Part shown: piece after piece, positions 49,663 to 60,234 of the stretch
Position numbering within the stretch: position 1 is the first letter of the stretch
Layout: each line of letters begins with the position of its first letter
Source: an uncultured Rhodobacteraceae bacterium
GTDB taxonomy: Bacteria > Pseudomonadota > Alphaproteobacteria > Rhodobacterales > Rhodobacteraceae
Assembly (NCBI GenBank): GCA_947503965.1
Contig: CANNFU010000004.1
Span: forward strand, 364,654-428,653
Length of the DNA stretch: 64,000 bases
Direction: 5' to 3'
The notes under the pieces: model-generated
Database searches by the model: none
Told to the model about the DNA's origin: nothing
What the model saw: only the letters and a program-made list of their open reading frames with translations
Position numbers and translations under genes: made by a program

Positions 49663-50973
49663 TCACTTAATCAGCTCACCTTTCAATGAATTCGGGCTGT
49701 CTTGCAGGACTTTGACCCGGCAGACCTGTCCCAGCACATCGCTGGGTGCATCCGCGTAAACTGCATGCAAATATTCCGACTTCCCGATCATCTGCCCCGG
49801 CTCTCGCCCTGCTTTTTCAAACAGAACCTTCACCTCTCGACCCACCATCGACGCCTGCGTCGCATGTTGTTGTTCGCGCAAGAGCGCCTGCAACCGCTGC
49901 AATCGATCATGCATCACATCCTCGGGCAGTTGCGGCTTTTCCGCCGCCGGGGTGCCGGGGCGGGTCGAGTATTTGAACGAATAGGCCTGCCCGTAATGCA
50001 CATCGCGGACAAGTTGCATGGTGTCTTCAAAGTCTTCCTCGGTCTCACCTGGAAAGCCGACAATGAAGTCACCAGAGAGCAGCAGATCAGGCCGCGCCGC
50101 ACGGATACGTTCGATCAAACGGATATAGCTTTCGCCAGTGTGCTTGCGGTTCATCGCCTTCAGAATGCGATCTGATCCCGACTGCACCGGTAAATGCAGG
50201 TAAGGCATCAGCTTGTCACATGTCCCGTGGGCATCAATCAGCGCGTCATCCATGTCATTGGGATGCGAGGTCGTGAAACGGATCCGCTCCAGCCCATCGA
50301 CCTTGTCGAGGGCCCAGATCAGCCCGGCCAAACCGCCTTCGTGCCCGTGATAGGCGTTCACATTCTGACCAAGCAAGGTGATTTCCTTGACACCCGCCGC
50401 GACCAGCTCTTGCGCCTCACGGATCACCCGATCTGCGGGGCGCGACACCTCTGCCCCGCGCGTGTAGGGCACCACGCAGAAGGCGCAGAATTTGTCACAG
50501 CCTTCCTGCACCGTCAGAAACGCGGTTGGGCCGCGCTTGCCCTTGGCGCGCGTTTTCAGCGTGTCGAATTTGTCATCTTCGGGGAAATCGGTGTCGAGCG
50601 CCTTTTCACCCGCCCGCACCGCATCCTCCATGTCTGGCAGGCGGTGATAGCTTTGCGGCCCGACCACCAGATCCACCATCGGCTGACGGCGCATGATCTC
50701 CTGACCCTCGGCCTGCGCAACACAGCCTGCGACACCGATCTTCAAATCAGGATTTTCGGCTTTCAAATCCTTATAGCGGCCCAATTCGGAATAGACCTTT
50801 TCGGCGGCCTTTTCCCGGATGTGGCAGGTGTTCAGCAGGATCATGTCCGCGTCATCGGGGGTCTGCGTTTCGACATAACCCTTCCCGCCCAGCGCCTCCG
50901 CCATGCGTTCGCTGTCATAGACATTCATCTGACAACCATAGGTCTTGATAAATAGCTTCTTGGGCGCTGACAT
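49663..50973 (-). CDS. miaB: tRNA-i6A37 methylthiotransferase
   Basis: It begins [24 protein letters not shown] and has radical SAM CxxxCxxC and a TRAM domain. The alternative start MKALLM is at 50988. The ORF track extension to 51780 is spurious. Confidence 0.9.
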   Translation of the reverse strand: MSAPKKLFIKTYGCQMNVYDSERMAEALGGKGYVETQTPDDADMILLNTCHIREKAAEKVYSELGRYKDLKAENPDLKIGVAGCVAQAEGQEIMRRQPMVDLVVGPQSYHRLPDMEDAVRAGEKALDTDFPEDDKFDTLKTRAKGKRGPTAFLTVQEGCDKFCAFCVVPYTRGAEVSRPADRVIREAQELVAAGVKEITLLGQNVNAYHGHEGGLAGLIWALDKVDGLERIRFTTSHPNDMDDALIDAHGTCDKLMPYLHLPVQSGSDRILKAMNRKHTGESYIRLIERIRAARPDLLLSGDFIVGFPGETEEDFEDTMQLVRDVHYGQAYSFKYSTRPGTPAAEKPQLPEDVMHDRLQRLQALLREQQHATQASMVGREVKVLFEKAGREPGQMIGKSEYLHAVYADAPSDVLGQVCRVKVLQDSPNSLKGELIK

Positions 50974-50994
50974 CAGAAGGGCTTTCATCATAGG

Positions 50995-51951
50995 GTGAAT
51001 CTGGCGTCTTCTATCGGGTCGGCGGATCGCTTGCAATGCGGGGCAATATCGCAGAATTTGCCCGGACCTCAGCCGGATCATGACATGACGCACTACCCCG
51101 ATCTTTCCGCCCTGACCCGCGACCGCAAACGGTTGCTGGCCCAAGGGCCCGTGGCCCTGATACTGGTCGAGGATACGGTCAAGGTTGAAAGCACAATCCG
51201 TCATCACCTGACGTTGGGTTTTGGGCAGGTCATCGCATTTTGTATGCCTGATCTGACATTGCCTGCGACCGTCGCCGATCAGGTGCACCGTGTCGATTAC
51301 GATATCGCCAGCGAAGAGGCGCTGCCGGACATTGTGAACGCGCTGATCAATGCGGCGCCCGACAACTGGTTCTATTACGGCTACAACGCCGAATACCTGT
51401 TCTATCCATTCAGCGAACATCGCAGTGTCGGCGAAATGCTGGGCTTTGTCACCGAAGAACGGCGTGATGTGGTCATGTCTTATGTGGTTGATCTGTACGC
51501 GGGCGACCTGACCGCACACCCGAGCGGTGTTGCTACGGATGATGCCTATTTTGACAAATCGGGTTACTATGCGCTGGCCCGGCAGGATGCTGAGGGAGAG
51601 GTGCTTGAGCGGCAGATGGATGTCTTTGGCGGGCTGCGCTGGCGGTTCGAGGAACATATCGCCCAGAACAGGCGTCGGATCGACCGCATATCTTTGTTCC
51701 GGGCCAAACCGGGTCTGAAAATGCTGGCTGATCGCACATTCAATCGCCCAGAATACAACACCGTCGCCTGCCCCTGGCACAACAGCCTGACAGCGGCGGT
51801 CGCGTCATTCCGCACCGCCAAGGCGCTGCGCCGCAATCCGGGCAGTCGGCACGAGATCGACAGCTTTCACTGGCAACAGTCAGAGCGGTTCAACTGGCGC
51901 GCGCAGCAACTGATGGATCATGGCTGGATGGAACCGGGGCAATGGTTTTAG
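50995..51951 (+). CDS. hypothetical protein (likely start MTHYPDLS at 51085)
   Basis: ORF call only, with no confidently recognised domain. Its 3' end overlaps the RAYT gene convergently by about 60 bp. Confidence 0.45.
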   Translation: MNLASSIGSADRLQCGAISQNLPGPQPDHDMTHYPDLSALTRDRKRLLAQGPVALILVEDTVKVESTIRHHLTLGFGQVIAFCMPDLTLPATVADQVHRVDYDIASEEALPDIVNALINAAPDNWFYYGYNAEYLFYPFSEHRSVGEMLGFVTEERRDVVMSYVVDLYAGDLTAHPSGVATDDAYFDKSGYYALARQDAEGEVLERQMDVFGGLRWRFEEHIAQNRRRIDRISLFRAKPGLKMLADRTFNRPEYNTVACPWHNSLTAAVASFRTAKALRRNPGSRHEIDSFHWQQSERFNWRAQQLMDHGWMEPGQWF

Positions 51952-52429
51952 AAGCGATAGCGCCCGTCCCGCGCACTGCCAACGAACTATAGGGCCAGTC
52001 GCCCGCTTTCTTGACCAAACCGGCCTGCACGGGCGCTGTTACGATCAGATGCATGTGACGGTCATAGTCGCCGATGTCCCGGATCAGATGGTCCCAGAAC
52101 CGGCGCTGCCAAATCCCCTTTTCGCCGCGTTTTTGCAGGCGCGGCGCGACATAGGCCGGTGCCGGAACATGGCGCGAAAAGGTCGATTTGATCAATCGCC
52201 ACCGTTTTGAGAAATCCGCATCGCCATTCGGTAACACCCAGATCATATGCAACCGGTCCGGCAGGATCACAGCACTCGCGATTTCAAACGGCCAACGTTT
52301 CATGCAAAGCCGTGTGGCATCGCGCAGCAGATCAATCTGACTGACCAGCAGGTCAGAAGCCGGATTCTGCAAGCGCGCTGTAAAGAAATAGGTGCAGTCG
52401 GGCACATAGCGTCGTTGGCGATTGGTCAT
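51890..52429 (-). mobile_element. REP-associated tyrosine transposase (RAYT, IS200/IS605 TnpA-like HUH Y1)
   Basis: It begins MTNRQRRYVPDCTYFFTARL and has HUH (RLHMIW) and catalytic Tyr region (GDYDRHMHLIVTAP) characteristic of RAYTs. The ORF track N-terminal extension is ignored. Confidence 0.65.
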
Positions 52430-52527
52430 GCGACAGACTTGCCCGGGCATGGTTAGTAAGAGGTAAACGCAACACGTTTTTCGCCAATGACGCACCGGAA
52501 TGCTCAGAAAGTGGGACCGCGCAGGTC

Positions 52528-53235
52528 TTAGCCCATCTCGGTCCCGGCGTTTCGTCTTGCCATTCGGATCAAGGCAAGATCGGCCTTGCCCTTGACCAGC
52601 CATGACAGGCCAAAGGCCCAGATCCCTATCGCCTCGAACCAGAACACCAGACCATAGCCGACAACGATATCTCGCGCCGGACCAGCGCCAAGGATTTTCA
52701 CCGCAGAGGCCGCGGCAATCCCGATCAGTGACAGAATGATGATCCATCCGCAGGCCAGATAGATCTGCCGACGTCCAGGATTAGCGGTGCGGGGGAACTT
52801 CACCAGACAGAAGACCGCGAGACAGGCAAAGAATATCAACGCAGACGCATAGTGAAACATCGGGCTGGTCCCGATTCCGACAATATTCTGGGTCATCGTC
52901 GCGATCTGGTCTGTTGGGCTTTCGTTGGGAAACAGCGCCACGCCAAAGGCTGACACGCCCGCAATCGTGCCCAGCCAATCATCATCAATGACATCGCCCT
53001 CGCGGCGGCCATAGCCGCGATAGCAGATCAGGAAGACGCCGATTGCACACAGCGTACCGACAAAGATGTCGCGGTAGGTCGTGTGATAGAAATCGCTGAT
53101 CGATGGCTCAATCCGGCGATAGTCCATCAGCCCGCCGATGATCAGAACCAGCGGCAGTGCCATGCCCAGAATGCCCAATGCCGTCCGGACCCGGTGATAG
53201 GATAAAACCATATCCTGACGATGTTTTTCGACCAC
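52528..53235 (-). CDS. hypothetical polytopic membrane protein
   Basis: 235 aa with about 6 TM helices. Confidence 0.5.
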   Translation of the reverse strand: MVEKHRQDMVLSYHRVRTALGILGMALPLVLIIGGLMDYRRIEPSISDFYHTTYRDIFVGTLCAIGVFLICYRGYGRREGDVIDDDWLGTIAGVSAFGVALFPNESPTDQIATMTQNIVGIGTSPMFHYASALIFFACLAVFCLVKFPRTANPGRRQIYLACGWIIILSLIGIAAASAVKILGAGPARDIVVGYGLVFWFEAIGIWAFGLSWLVKGKADLALIRMARRNAGTEMG

Positions 53236-53331
53236 AATGACGCCCCTGAATGCCTTGCTGAAATCGCGGGCATCATGGGCAGCGGGTGGGGGCGGTTCAA
53301 GTCAGCATTACCTGACTTTGGGATTTTCGTG

Positions 53332-53748
53332 TCAGGTGCGACGCAAACGGATCACAACGTCAACCGATGCAATTTCTGCCCCTGCCGGGGCTATGGGAAG
53401 TTTGCAAATCTCCAGCTCTTCGGCGGGAGCATCGGTGAGTGTGGCGCTGTCTTCCCAGTAGAAATGAGGATGATCCGTCATGTTGGTGTCGAAATAGCTT
53501 TTCGATCCATCCACGGTGATCTCGCGCACAAGACCTGCGTCGCAGAAGGCGCGCAGCGTGTTGTAGACAGTTGCCAGCGATACCTTTTCGCCAGCGTTCG
53601 ACGCGGCCTCAAACAGGCTCTCTGCCGTGACATGCCGGTCCTGACCATCGCCCACCAGAAGACCCGCCAGCGTCATGCGCTGCCGCGTCGGGCGCAATCC
53701 GGCCCCGGCGAGCCAGTCGGAACTGCGTTGTGTCTCAATCTCGGTCAT
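53332..53748 (-). CDS. irr: Fur-family iron response regulator (Irr-like)
   Basis: 138 aa with a Fur fold (PTRQRMTLAGLL...VYNTLRAFCDAGLVREI). It lies divergent from fabA, as is typical for alphaproteobacterial irr. Confidence 0.8.
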   Translation of the reverse strand: MTEIETQRSSDWLAGAGLRPTRQRMTLAGLLVGDGQDRHVTAESLFEAASNAGEKVSLATVYNTLRAFCDAGLVREITVDGSKSYFDTNMTDHPHFYWEDSATLTDAPAEELEICKLPIAPAGAEIASVDVVIRLRRT

Positions 53749-53907
53749 GGTCGCTCTTACGCTGCCTACGCCTTATATATGGGGGAAAACCCCTTCGGAT
53801 CAATTGCAAATCGTTCTCAATTTGCCGAATCCGGCAGATACTTGCCCTGTCGAAGCCTTGGATGCTAGAGGTCAGCGATCGTAGCAGCCAAGAATGAGAC
53901 CAGAAAT

Positions 53908-54417
53908 ATGGCGGACTTCCCTTCCAGTTTTGACAAGGACGACCTGTTGAAATGCGCCCGCGGCGAACTTTTCGGCCCCGGCAACGCGCAGCTTCCTGCG
54001 CCCCCGATGCTGATGATGGACCGGATCACCGATATTTCGGGCGATGGCGGCGCGCATGGCAAGGGCCACGTGGTGGCGGAATTCGACATCACCCCTGATC
54101 TGTGGTTTTTCGACTGCCACTTTCCCGGCAACCCGATCATGCCCGGCTGTCTGGGTCTGGACGGGCTGTGGCAGCTAACCGGTTTCAACCTTGGCTGGCG
54201 CGGCTGGCAAGGGCGCGGCTATGCGCTGGGTGTGGGCGAGGTGAAGCTGACGGGCATGGTGCGCCCTGACCGCAAGATGCTGACTTACAAGATTGATTTC
54301 ACCAAGGCTTTGCAAACCCGTCGCCTGACGATGGGTGTCGCTGACGGCATCGTCGAGGCCGATGGCGAAGTGATCTATCAGGTCAAGGACATGAAGGTCG
54401 CGCTTAGCGAAAGCTAG
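53908..54417 (+). CDS. fabA: 3-hydroxydecanoyl-ACP dehydratase/isomerase
   Basis: 169 aa with a FabA hotdog fold ([24 protein letters not shown]). Confidence 0.92.
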   Translation: MADFPSSFDKDDLLKCARGELFGPGNAQLPAPPMLMMDRITDISGDGGAHGKGHVVAEFDITPDLWFFDCHFPGNPIMPGCLGLDGLWQLTGFNLGWRGWQGRGYALGVGEVKLTGMVRPDRKMLTYKIDFTKALQTRRLTMGVADGIVEADGEVIYQVKDMKVALSES

Positions 54418-54461
54418 TCACCCCAGTTCAAAGCAGCATATCCTGAACGCGCAGATGCGGC

Positions 54462-55289
54462 TTGATCGCAAGACGCGCCGATGTTTACGTGTTGCTATCA
54501 TATTCGTCGGAAATAACCTGTATGTCTGATAGCGATCGAGAAATGCTGCCCGTCTATCCGGACTTGGATTGTTTTCGGGAATACGACAACCCACCGGAAA
54601 TCATTCCCGGCAGGTCCTCTCGGGATTGGATGGATCAGACGACCAGCCGGTTTGCCTATCGTTGCACGCCTTTACCGATTGCCAATGCAAGTGGCTGGGA
54701 AGTCATTCTGCCGTTCTCAATTGCGGCGCATTGGAATGGTGGCACCTTGCCATCTGATGTGGTGGTCACCTGCGATGATCCCGATGTGCGCCCCGATCTG
54801 GTTGTCGGACCTGTTTTCGGGCACGGCATTTTGACATTCCATCCCGGTTACCTGTTTCGCACCTCGCCGGGTTGGGCGATTGCCGCCCGTGGCGCACCGA
54901 ACACCGTAAAAGACGGCATTACCGCGCTCGAAGGATTGGTCGAGACGGATTGGCTGCCTTTCACCTTTACAATGAACTGGCGCTTTACACGCCCCGGAAC
55001 GGTTCATTTTGCGAAGGGAGAGGCGTTTTGCTTTTTGTCGCTCGTGCCTCATGCAGCACTTGATCAGGTGCAACCGCGGCTGCGCACATTCGCCGAAGCC
55101 GAGGATCTGAAGCACAGCTATGACCATTGGCGCAAGGAACGCGCAGATTTCCAAAAGCGCCTCGCCCAAAGCGACCCCGAGGCCGTCAAACTGGGCTGGC
55201 AGCGCGACTATGTCAGGGGACAGGACCCGTCCGGGCGTATGGTACCCGACTTCCATCTGTCACGACGCACGCTCAAAAGCCCGATATGA
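54462..55289 (+). CDS. DUF6065-like hypothetical protein inserted between fabA and fabB
   Basis: The likely start is MSDSDREML at 54522. No catalytic motif was recognised. GC is about 52%. Confidence 0.5.
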   Translation: MIARRADVYVLLSYSSEITCMSDSDREMLPVYPDLDCFREYDNPPEIIPGRSSRDWMDQTTSRFAYRCTPLPIANASGWEVILPFSIAAHWNGGTLPSDVVVTCDDPDVRPDLVVGPVFGHGILTFHPGYLFRTSPGWAIAARGAPNTVKDGITALEGLVETDWLPFTFTMNWRFTRPGTVHFAKGEAFCFLSLVPHAALDQVQPRLRTFAEAEDLKHSYDHWRKERADFQKRLAQSDPEAVKLGWQRDYVRGQDPSGRMVPDFHLSRRTLKSPI

Positions 55290-55406
55290 GAGTAATGCAA
55301 TGCCGTAGCGGTTGTGCGGATTTAGACCGCGACATGCGCAATCATGCCTGGGACTTCAGTGAAGTTAAGACGCAAACAAGCATTTTGAAATTGAAGAGAT
55401 GACCAT

Positions 55407-56444
55407 ATGATCGCACATATTTCACATCCCATCACGCTCGTGCTTGTCTTGCTTGCCACCGCAGGTAAGGCCGAAGAAATGACGTTTTACTTCACAGGAA
55501 ACGGCGGCAACTGCCTTGGTTGCGAATGGATCGAAGCACAGGGCGAGATCACTGCGAACACGCCCGCCCGGTTTGCAGCATTTGCCGACAGCTTCAACGG
55601 CGCGGGAAGCATCGCCTTTGACTCAGCAGGTGGTGATCCAGTCGCCGCCATGGTGCTGGGGCGGCTCATCAGGGAACGGGGCTGGGGCACGGACCGCCGC
55701 GAACTGGGCACCCCAAGCGGGGCGGACCCCGATCGAGACACCATATGCCGCGATGCGTGTCTACTGGCCTTCATGGGTGGGGTGGGTCGCGACATTGATC
55801 CCAATATCAGCCTGACGGTTACCGGCGTGGGGGTGGATCCATGGATATCAGCCGAAGTTTTGGAATATACGCTGGAAATGGGCGTATCCGCCGAAGTTCT
55901 GACAATCGCCGCGAATGTACCGGTTGGGCAAGCATATGATTTCGACGTGGCTGATCACGAAAGGCTCGGTCTCGACAACACAAAACTGACAACAGACGAG
56001 TGGTATCTGGAACCATATAAAGCAGGTTTGGTTTTGGCGACAAAGCAGCGATACGGCCCTGATAGCGAGCTACCATTTACGTTGTTTTGCAGGGTTGAAG
56101 ACCCACGCCTGCATATTCTGGTTGTTGAACCCGGTGACTACAGCGATCACACATTCCCTGGCGGGACGCCGCTTAACGTTTCATCTGGCCCGAGCCGCTA
56201 TGGACCAATGTTTATCATGGAAGGTGAAAGACATCCGCTGGGGCCGGATGATGTCGAATTTGTGCGTAAGAACGAAACAGGACTCACCGCGTCGATAAGG
56301 TTGCCAGAAACACTTGCCATTCGCGGTGGAGAAGATTTGTCCTTCACGCCCAATTTGGGGCGGGTTTACGGACATATACTACAGTTCAGTATCCCCCTGC
56401 CACCTGCAAGTTGGATCACGGCGGTTCGCCAAAACTGCATCTAA
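55407..56444 (+). CDS. hypothetical secreted protein inserted between fabA and fabB
   Basis: 345 aa with signal peptide MIAHISHPITLVLVLLATAGKAEE and conserved Cys pairs. GC is about 50%. Confidence 0.5.
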   Translation: MIAHISHPITLVLVLLATAGKAEEMTFYFTGNGGNCLGCEWIEAQGEITANTPARFAAFADSFNGAGSIAFDSAGGDPVAAMVLGRLIRERGWGTDRRELGTPSGADPDRDTICRDACLLAFMGGVGRDIDPNISLTVTGVGVDPWISAEVLEYTLEMGVSAEVLTIAANVPVGQAYDFDVADHERLGLDNTKLTTDEWYLEPYKAGLVLATKQRYGPDSELPFTLFCRVEDPRLHILVVEPGDYSDHTFPGGTPLNVSSGPSRYGPMFIMEGERHPLGPDDVEFVRKNETGLTASIRLPETLAIRGGEDLSFTPNLGRVYGHILQFSIPLPPASWITAVRQNCI

Positions 56445-56627
56445 AGTTAAGCGCCAGCGGCTCCTGTCGAAGCTTGAAATACAAAAGTATTCCTTAAGAC
56501 TCTAAAAATCAGCGGCTTAGGACCGAGACTGACATTCTTATAACAAGCTCCATCCCTTAAACACCCGCCACTTGCCCCGTCGCCCCCTGTCGCCTACACA
56601 GCCATCAAAGCTATTGAGGGAGCAGCC

Positions 56628-57857
56628 ATGCGCCGTGTCGTCATTACAGGGTTGGGGATCGTCTCGCCTATCGGAAATAATGCGGATGAAGTGACCGCCG
56701 CTCTCAAGGCCGGACAATCCGGGATCGAAGCCAGCCCCGAAATGACCGAACATGGGTTCCGTAGCCAGATTGCCGGGACGCTCAAGATCGACATCACGGA
56801 ACATGTGGACAAACGCACCCTACGCTTCATGGGGCCGGGTGCCGCCTATGCGCATATCGCCATGCAGCAGGCGATTGCCGATGCAAAGCTGACCGAAGAC
56901 CAGATCGTCAACCCGATGACAGGGCTGATCGCAGGCTCGGGTGGCCCTTCGACTTCTGCCATTCTGACAGCACATAACGTGGTCAGGGACACAGGATCAA
57001 CCAAACGGATCGGGCCCTTTGCCGTTCCCAAGGCGATGTCATCCACCGTTAGCGCAAATCTTGCGACGGCGTTCAAGATCAAGGGGATGAACTTTTCGAT
57101 CACATCAGCCTGCTCTACATCATTGCATTGCATCGGCATGGCCGCGGGTCAGGTCGCACTGGGCAATCAGGACATCATGTTCGCCGGTGGCGGCGAAGAA
57201 CTGGATTGGACGCTGTCCTGCCTGTTTGACGCGATGGGTGCGATGTCATCAAAATACAATGACACACCACAGCGTGCCAGCCGCGCCTTTGACGCCAACC
57301 GCGATGGTTTCGTAATCGCGGGCGGCGGCGCGATGGTCGTATTGGAAAGCCTCGAAAGCGCACAGGCCCGCGGTGCCAAGATCTATGCCGAGGTCACAGG
57401 CTTTGCAGCTACATCCGATGGTGCCGACATGGTCGCTCCCTCGGGCGAAGGCGGCGAACGGGCCATGCGCGGCGCGCTCAGATCGCTGCCAGAGGGCCGC
57501 AAGGTCAGTTACATCAACGCTCATGGTACATCGACGCCCGTGGGCGACGTCGGAGAGGTTGAGGCCGTGCGCCGCGTCTTTGGCCAAGGCACCACACCGC
57601 CAATCAGTTCAACCAAATCCATGACCGGGCACAGCCAAGGCGCGACTGGCGCGCAAGAAGCAATCTATTGCCTCCTGATGTTGCAAGATGATTTCATCGC
57701 ACCCTCTATCAATGTCGAAAACCTGGACCCTGCGCTCGACCCATCCGAGATCGCAACAGATCTTGTTGAAAACGCAGGACTTGATACGGTGATGACGAAC
57801 TCGTTCGGGTTCGGCGGCACCAACGGGTCCATGCTCCTGTCCAAATTCCAAGGCTGA
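56628..57857 (+). CDS. fabB: beta-ketoacyl-ACP synthase I
   Basis: 409 aa with a KAS I fold and active-site Cys context (SACSTSLH). Confidence 0.92.
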   Translation: MRRVVITGLGIVSPIGNNADEVTAALKAGQSGIEASPEMTEHGFRSQIAGTLKIDITEHVDKRTLRFMGPGAAYAHIAMQQAIADAKLTEDQIVNPMTGLIAGSGGPSTSAILTAHNVVRDTGSTKRIGPFAVPKAMSSTVSANLATAFKIKGMNFSITSACSTSLHCIGMAAGQVALGNQDIMFAGGGEELDWTLSCLFDAMGAMSSKYNDTPQRASRAFDANRDGFVIAGGGAMVVLESLESAQARGAKIYAEVTGFAATSDGADMVAPSGEGGERAMRGALRSLPEGRKVSYINAHGTSTPVGDVGEVEAVRRVFGQGTTPPISSTKSMTGHSQGATGAQEAIYCLLMLQDDFIAPSINVENLDPALDPSEIATDLVENAGLDTVMTNSFGFGGTNGSMLLSKFQG

Positions 57858-57861
57858 TCCA

Positions 57862-58653
57862 ATGACAATTTCAATGAACGGCAAACGCGGCCTGATCATG
57901 GGCGTCGCCAACGAACGCTCGATTGCGTGGGGGATCGCCAAAGCTATGGCAGAGGCAGGTGCGGAACTGGCCTTTACCTATCAGGGCGAAGCATTCGGCA
58001 AACGGCTTGAACCACTGGCGCAATCGGTCGGCTCTGACATGATGGTCGATGTGGATGTCACCGATGATGCCAGCATGGATGCGGCCTTTGCGATGATCAA
58101 GGACCGCTGGGGCAGCCTTGATTTCGTGGTTCACGCGATTGCCTTTTCCGACAAGGACGAACTGACGGGTCGGTTCATCAACACGAGCCGTGATAACTTC
58201 AAGAATTCGCTGGCGATCTCGTGCTATTCCTTCATCGACGTCGCCAACCGGGCATCACAACTGATGCCAAACGGCGGCACATTGTTGACGCTGACCTATC
58301 AGGGGTCCAACCGGGTGACGCCGTTCTACAACGTGATGGGCGTGGCCAAGGCAGCATTGGAAAGTGCCACGCGCTATCTGGCGAATGATCTGGGCCCGCA
58401 GGGCATCCGCGTCAATGCAATCAGCCCCGGGCCGATGAAGACCCTTGCCGGGGCCGCAATTGGCGGTGCCCGGCGGACCTACAAACACACCGATCAGAAC
58501 GCGCCACTGCGATCCAATGCGACGCTGGAGGCTGTAGGCGGCACCGCCGTCTACCTCGCTTCAGACGCCGGCGCATGTACCACCGGCGAGATCATTCGCG
58601 TTGATGGCGGTTTTCACGTGCTGGGGATGCCACAACCGGATCATCTGATCTGA
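57862..58653 (+). CDS. fabI: enoyl-ACP reductase (NADH)
   Basis: It begins LIMGVANERSIAWGIAKA... and has the SDR FabI Tyr-x6-Lys motif. Confidence 0.92.
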   Translation: MTISMNGKRGLIMGVANERSIAWGIAKAMAEAGAELAFTYQGEAFGKRLEPLAQSVGSDMMVDVDVTDDASMDAAFAMIKDRWGSLDFVVHAIAFSDKDELTGRFINTSRDNFKNSLAISCYSFIDVANRASQLMPNGGTLLTLTYQGSNRVTPFYNVMGVAKAALESATRYLANDLGPQGIRVNAISPGPMKTLAGAAIGGARRTYKHTDQNAPLRSNATLEAVGGTAVYLASDAGACTTGEIIRVDGGFHVLGMPQPDHLI

Positions 58654-58739
58654 CAGCGACAAGCACCTTACGGCAAATCAACCCATGACCGGTGCCGATG
58701 CATGCAAGCGCTGACACGATCAGAGCGCGAATACGCGCA

Positions 58740-60032
58740 TCAATAGGTGTTCAGCTCTGCAAACAGATCGGCAGGCGCACCTGCAAACACTGCGGCAAGA
58801 TCTTGTGCAAATTCGGCCTCGGTGTCGTATCTGGTCTGGCTGACCAGTTGACCATCATCATCGTAGAGATTGATGATACCGAAATCATGGCCGCCGTTGT
58901 ATCCAAAATCAGAAATATCTTCGCGTGCAAAAACAAGCACATCACCATCCGCATCATATTTCAGATACCGGACTTCATCAGCATCGTCTTCCCACGCGCG
59001 ATAGGTCCGGTTTCCATCTGCGTCGAAAAAGGTGACCATCTGCTCGTATTCGCCGGATGGGACGAAATCAAACAGGATGTTGTGCTGTCCGATCTTGGTC
59101 AGCACGCCGTCAGTATAGAACTTTCGCACACCGTCCGTGAAATCAAAGCGATCATAGAAAATCGCGATCTCGCCATCGGCGTCATATGTGATCTCGCGTT
59201 CCAAAAAACCGTATTTGTTATCTACATCCCAAATCTTGGCATGGGCCAAAACTCCATTTTCATAGGTTTCCCTGGTCAGAAGATAATCATCGTAAGCAAT
59301 AATGCGTTTGGTCAGGACACCCGCTGCATCGTAGCTTTCCGTGATCGTTTCCCAGTCGCGCAGGTTGGTCGGCGCATCAACGAAACGAACGATGGTGCTG
59401 CCATCGCTTTGCACCGTTTCCTTGCGGGTAACTTCGTTTTTCGGAATGCGGCCGTTGCTCCAATCCTCTTCAGAAGCAAAGAATACCTGATCGATGATTT
59501 CACCATTTTCATAGATATCCGCACGCACCCGACCATCATCAGTGATGGTTGCGACTTCATCCAGAATATCATCGTCACCGAAATATTCGATCTTTTCCTG
59601 CCAGCGATACGCGTCGCCCAAATCGGCAGTGCGTGCATAAACCACAGCACCGTCTTCATACACGGCCTTGCGTTCGCGGCCATCGTCAAAGGCAGTCGTT
59701 TTCAACCGCTCAACGCCAGTGATATCGAACGTCACCTGAATACTGTCCCAAGTATACAAGTCATTTTCGCTGTCGTCATAGCGCACAATCTGTCGGGTAT
59801 TAATGACCGCAAACGCGTCCCTGTCATAGAGATTGCGGTATTCCGTCGTCTTGACGACATCGTCATGAGCAATCTCTTCTGATCGGACGCGCACATAAGG
59901 CTCATCAATCGGAAGGCTGAAATAATCCCGTTGTGTGACAATGCCGTTTTCGGTCGTTACGTCCAAACGATCGTAACGGGTATTTTCAATCGTTCTGCCG
60001 CGCGGAAAGAAATCAAATGTTTCTGTAGGCAT
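58740..60032 (-). CDS. hypothetical repeat protein (about 20-residue Y-x-[DE]-[ND]-G repeats), low GC
   Basis: 430 aa with no signal peptide. It has recurring motifs (IYENGEIIDQVFF, TYENGVLAHAKIWD, ITYDADGEIAIFYD, FYTDGVLTKI, LKYDADGDVLVFARED, NLYDDDGQLVSQTRYD). GC is about 47%. Confidence 0.55.
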   Translation of the reverse strand: MPTETFDFFPRGRTIENTRYDRLDVTTENGIVTQRDYFSLPIDEPYVRVRSEEIAHDDVVKTTEYRNLYDRDAFAVINTRQIVRYDDSENDLYTWDSIQVTFDITGVERLKTTAFDDGRERKAVYEDGAVVYARTADLGDAYRWQEKIEYFGDDDILDEVATITDDGRVRADIYENGEIIDQVFFASEEDWSNGRIPKNEVTRKETVQSDGSTIVRFVDAPTNLRDWETITESYDAAGVLTKRIIAYDDYLLTRETYENGVLAHAKIWDVDNKYGFLEREITYDADGEIAIFYDRFDFTDGVRKFYTDGVLTKIGQHNILFDFVPSGEYEQMVTFFDADGNRTYRAWEDDADEVRYLKYDADGDVLVFAREDISDFGYNGGHDFGIINLYDDDGQLVSQTRYDTEAEFAQDLAAVFAGAPADLFAELNTY

Positions 60033-60234
60033 GTTTGTTTCCCATCGTTTTTCTGTCGTGACGTGTTTGCTGTCGCAAGGTCACCGTAGATTGGAAACAA
60101 AACGCTGTGATCAGGGTTTTTGGATCAGAAAGCCCGCCAAGCCAAACCGCGCCGATCACGATAGCAAAAACCCGCCTCTCTCAAAAAACCAGGCGGTGGT
60201 TGGGAAAATTTTGCCTGAAATGATCAAGAAGGCC

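Noticed and set aside
50974-51780. Upstream 270-codon extension of the miaB ORF (the 705-aa call)
   Set aside because: MiaB homology starts at [17 protein letters not shown]. The extension overlaps a plus-strand gene and is an antisense artefact.
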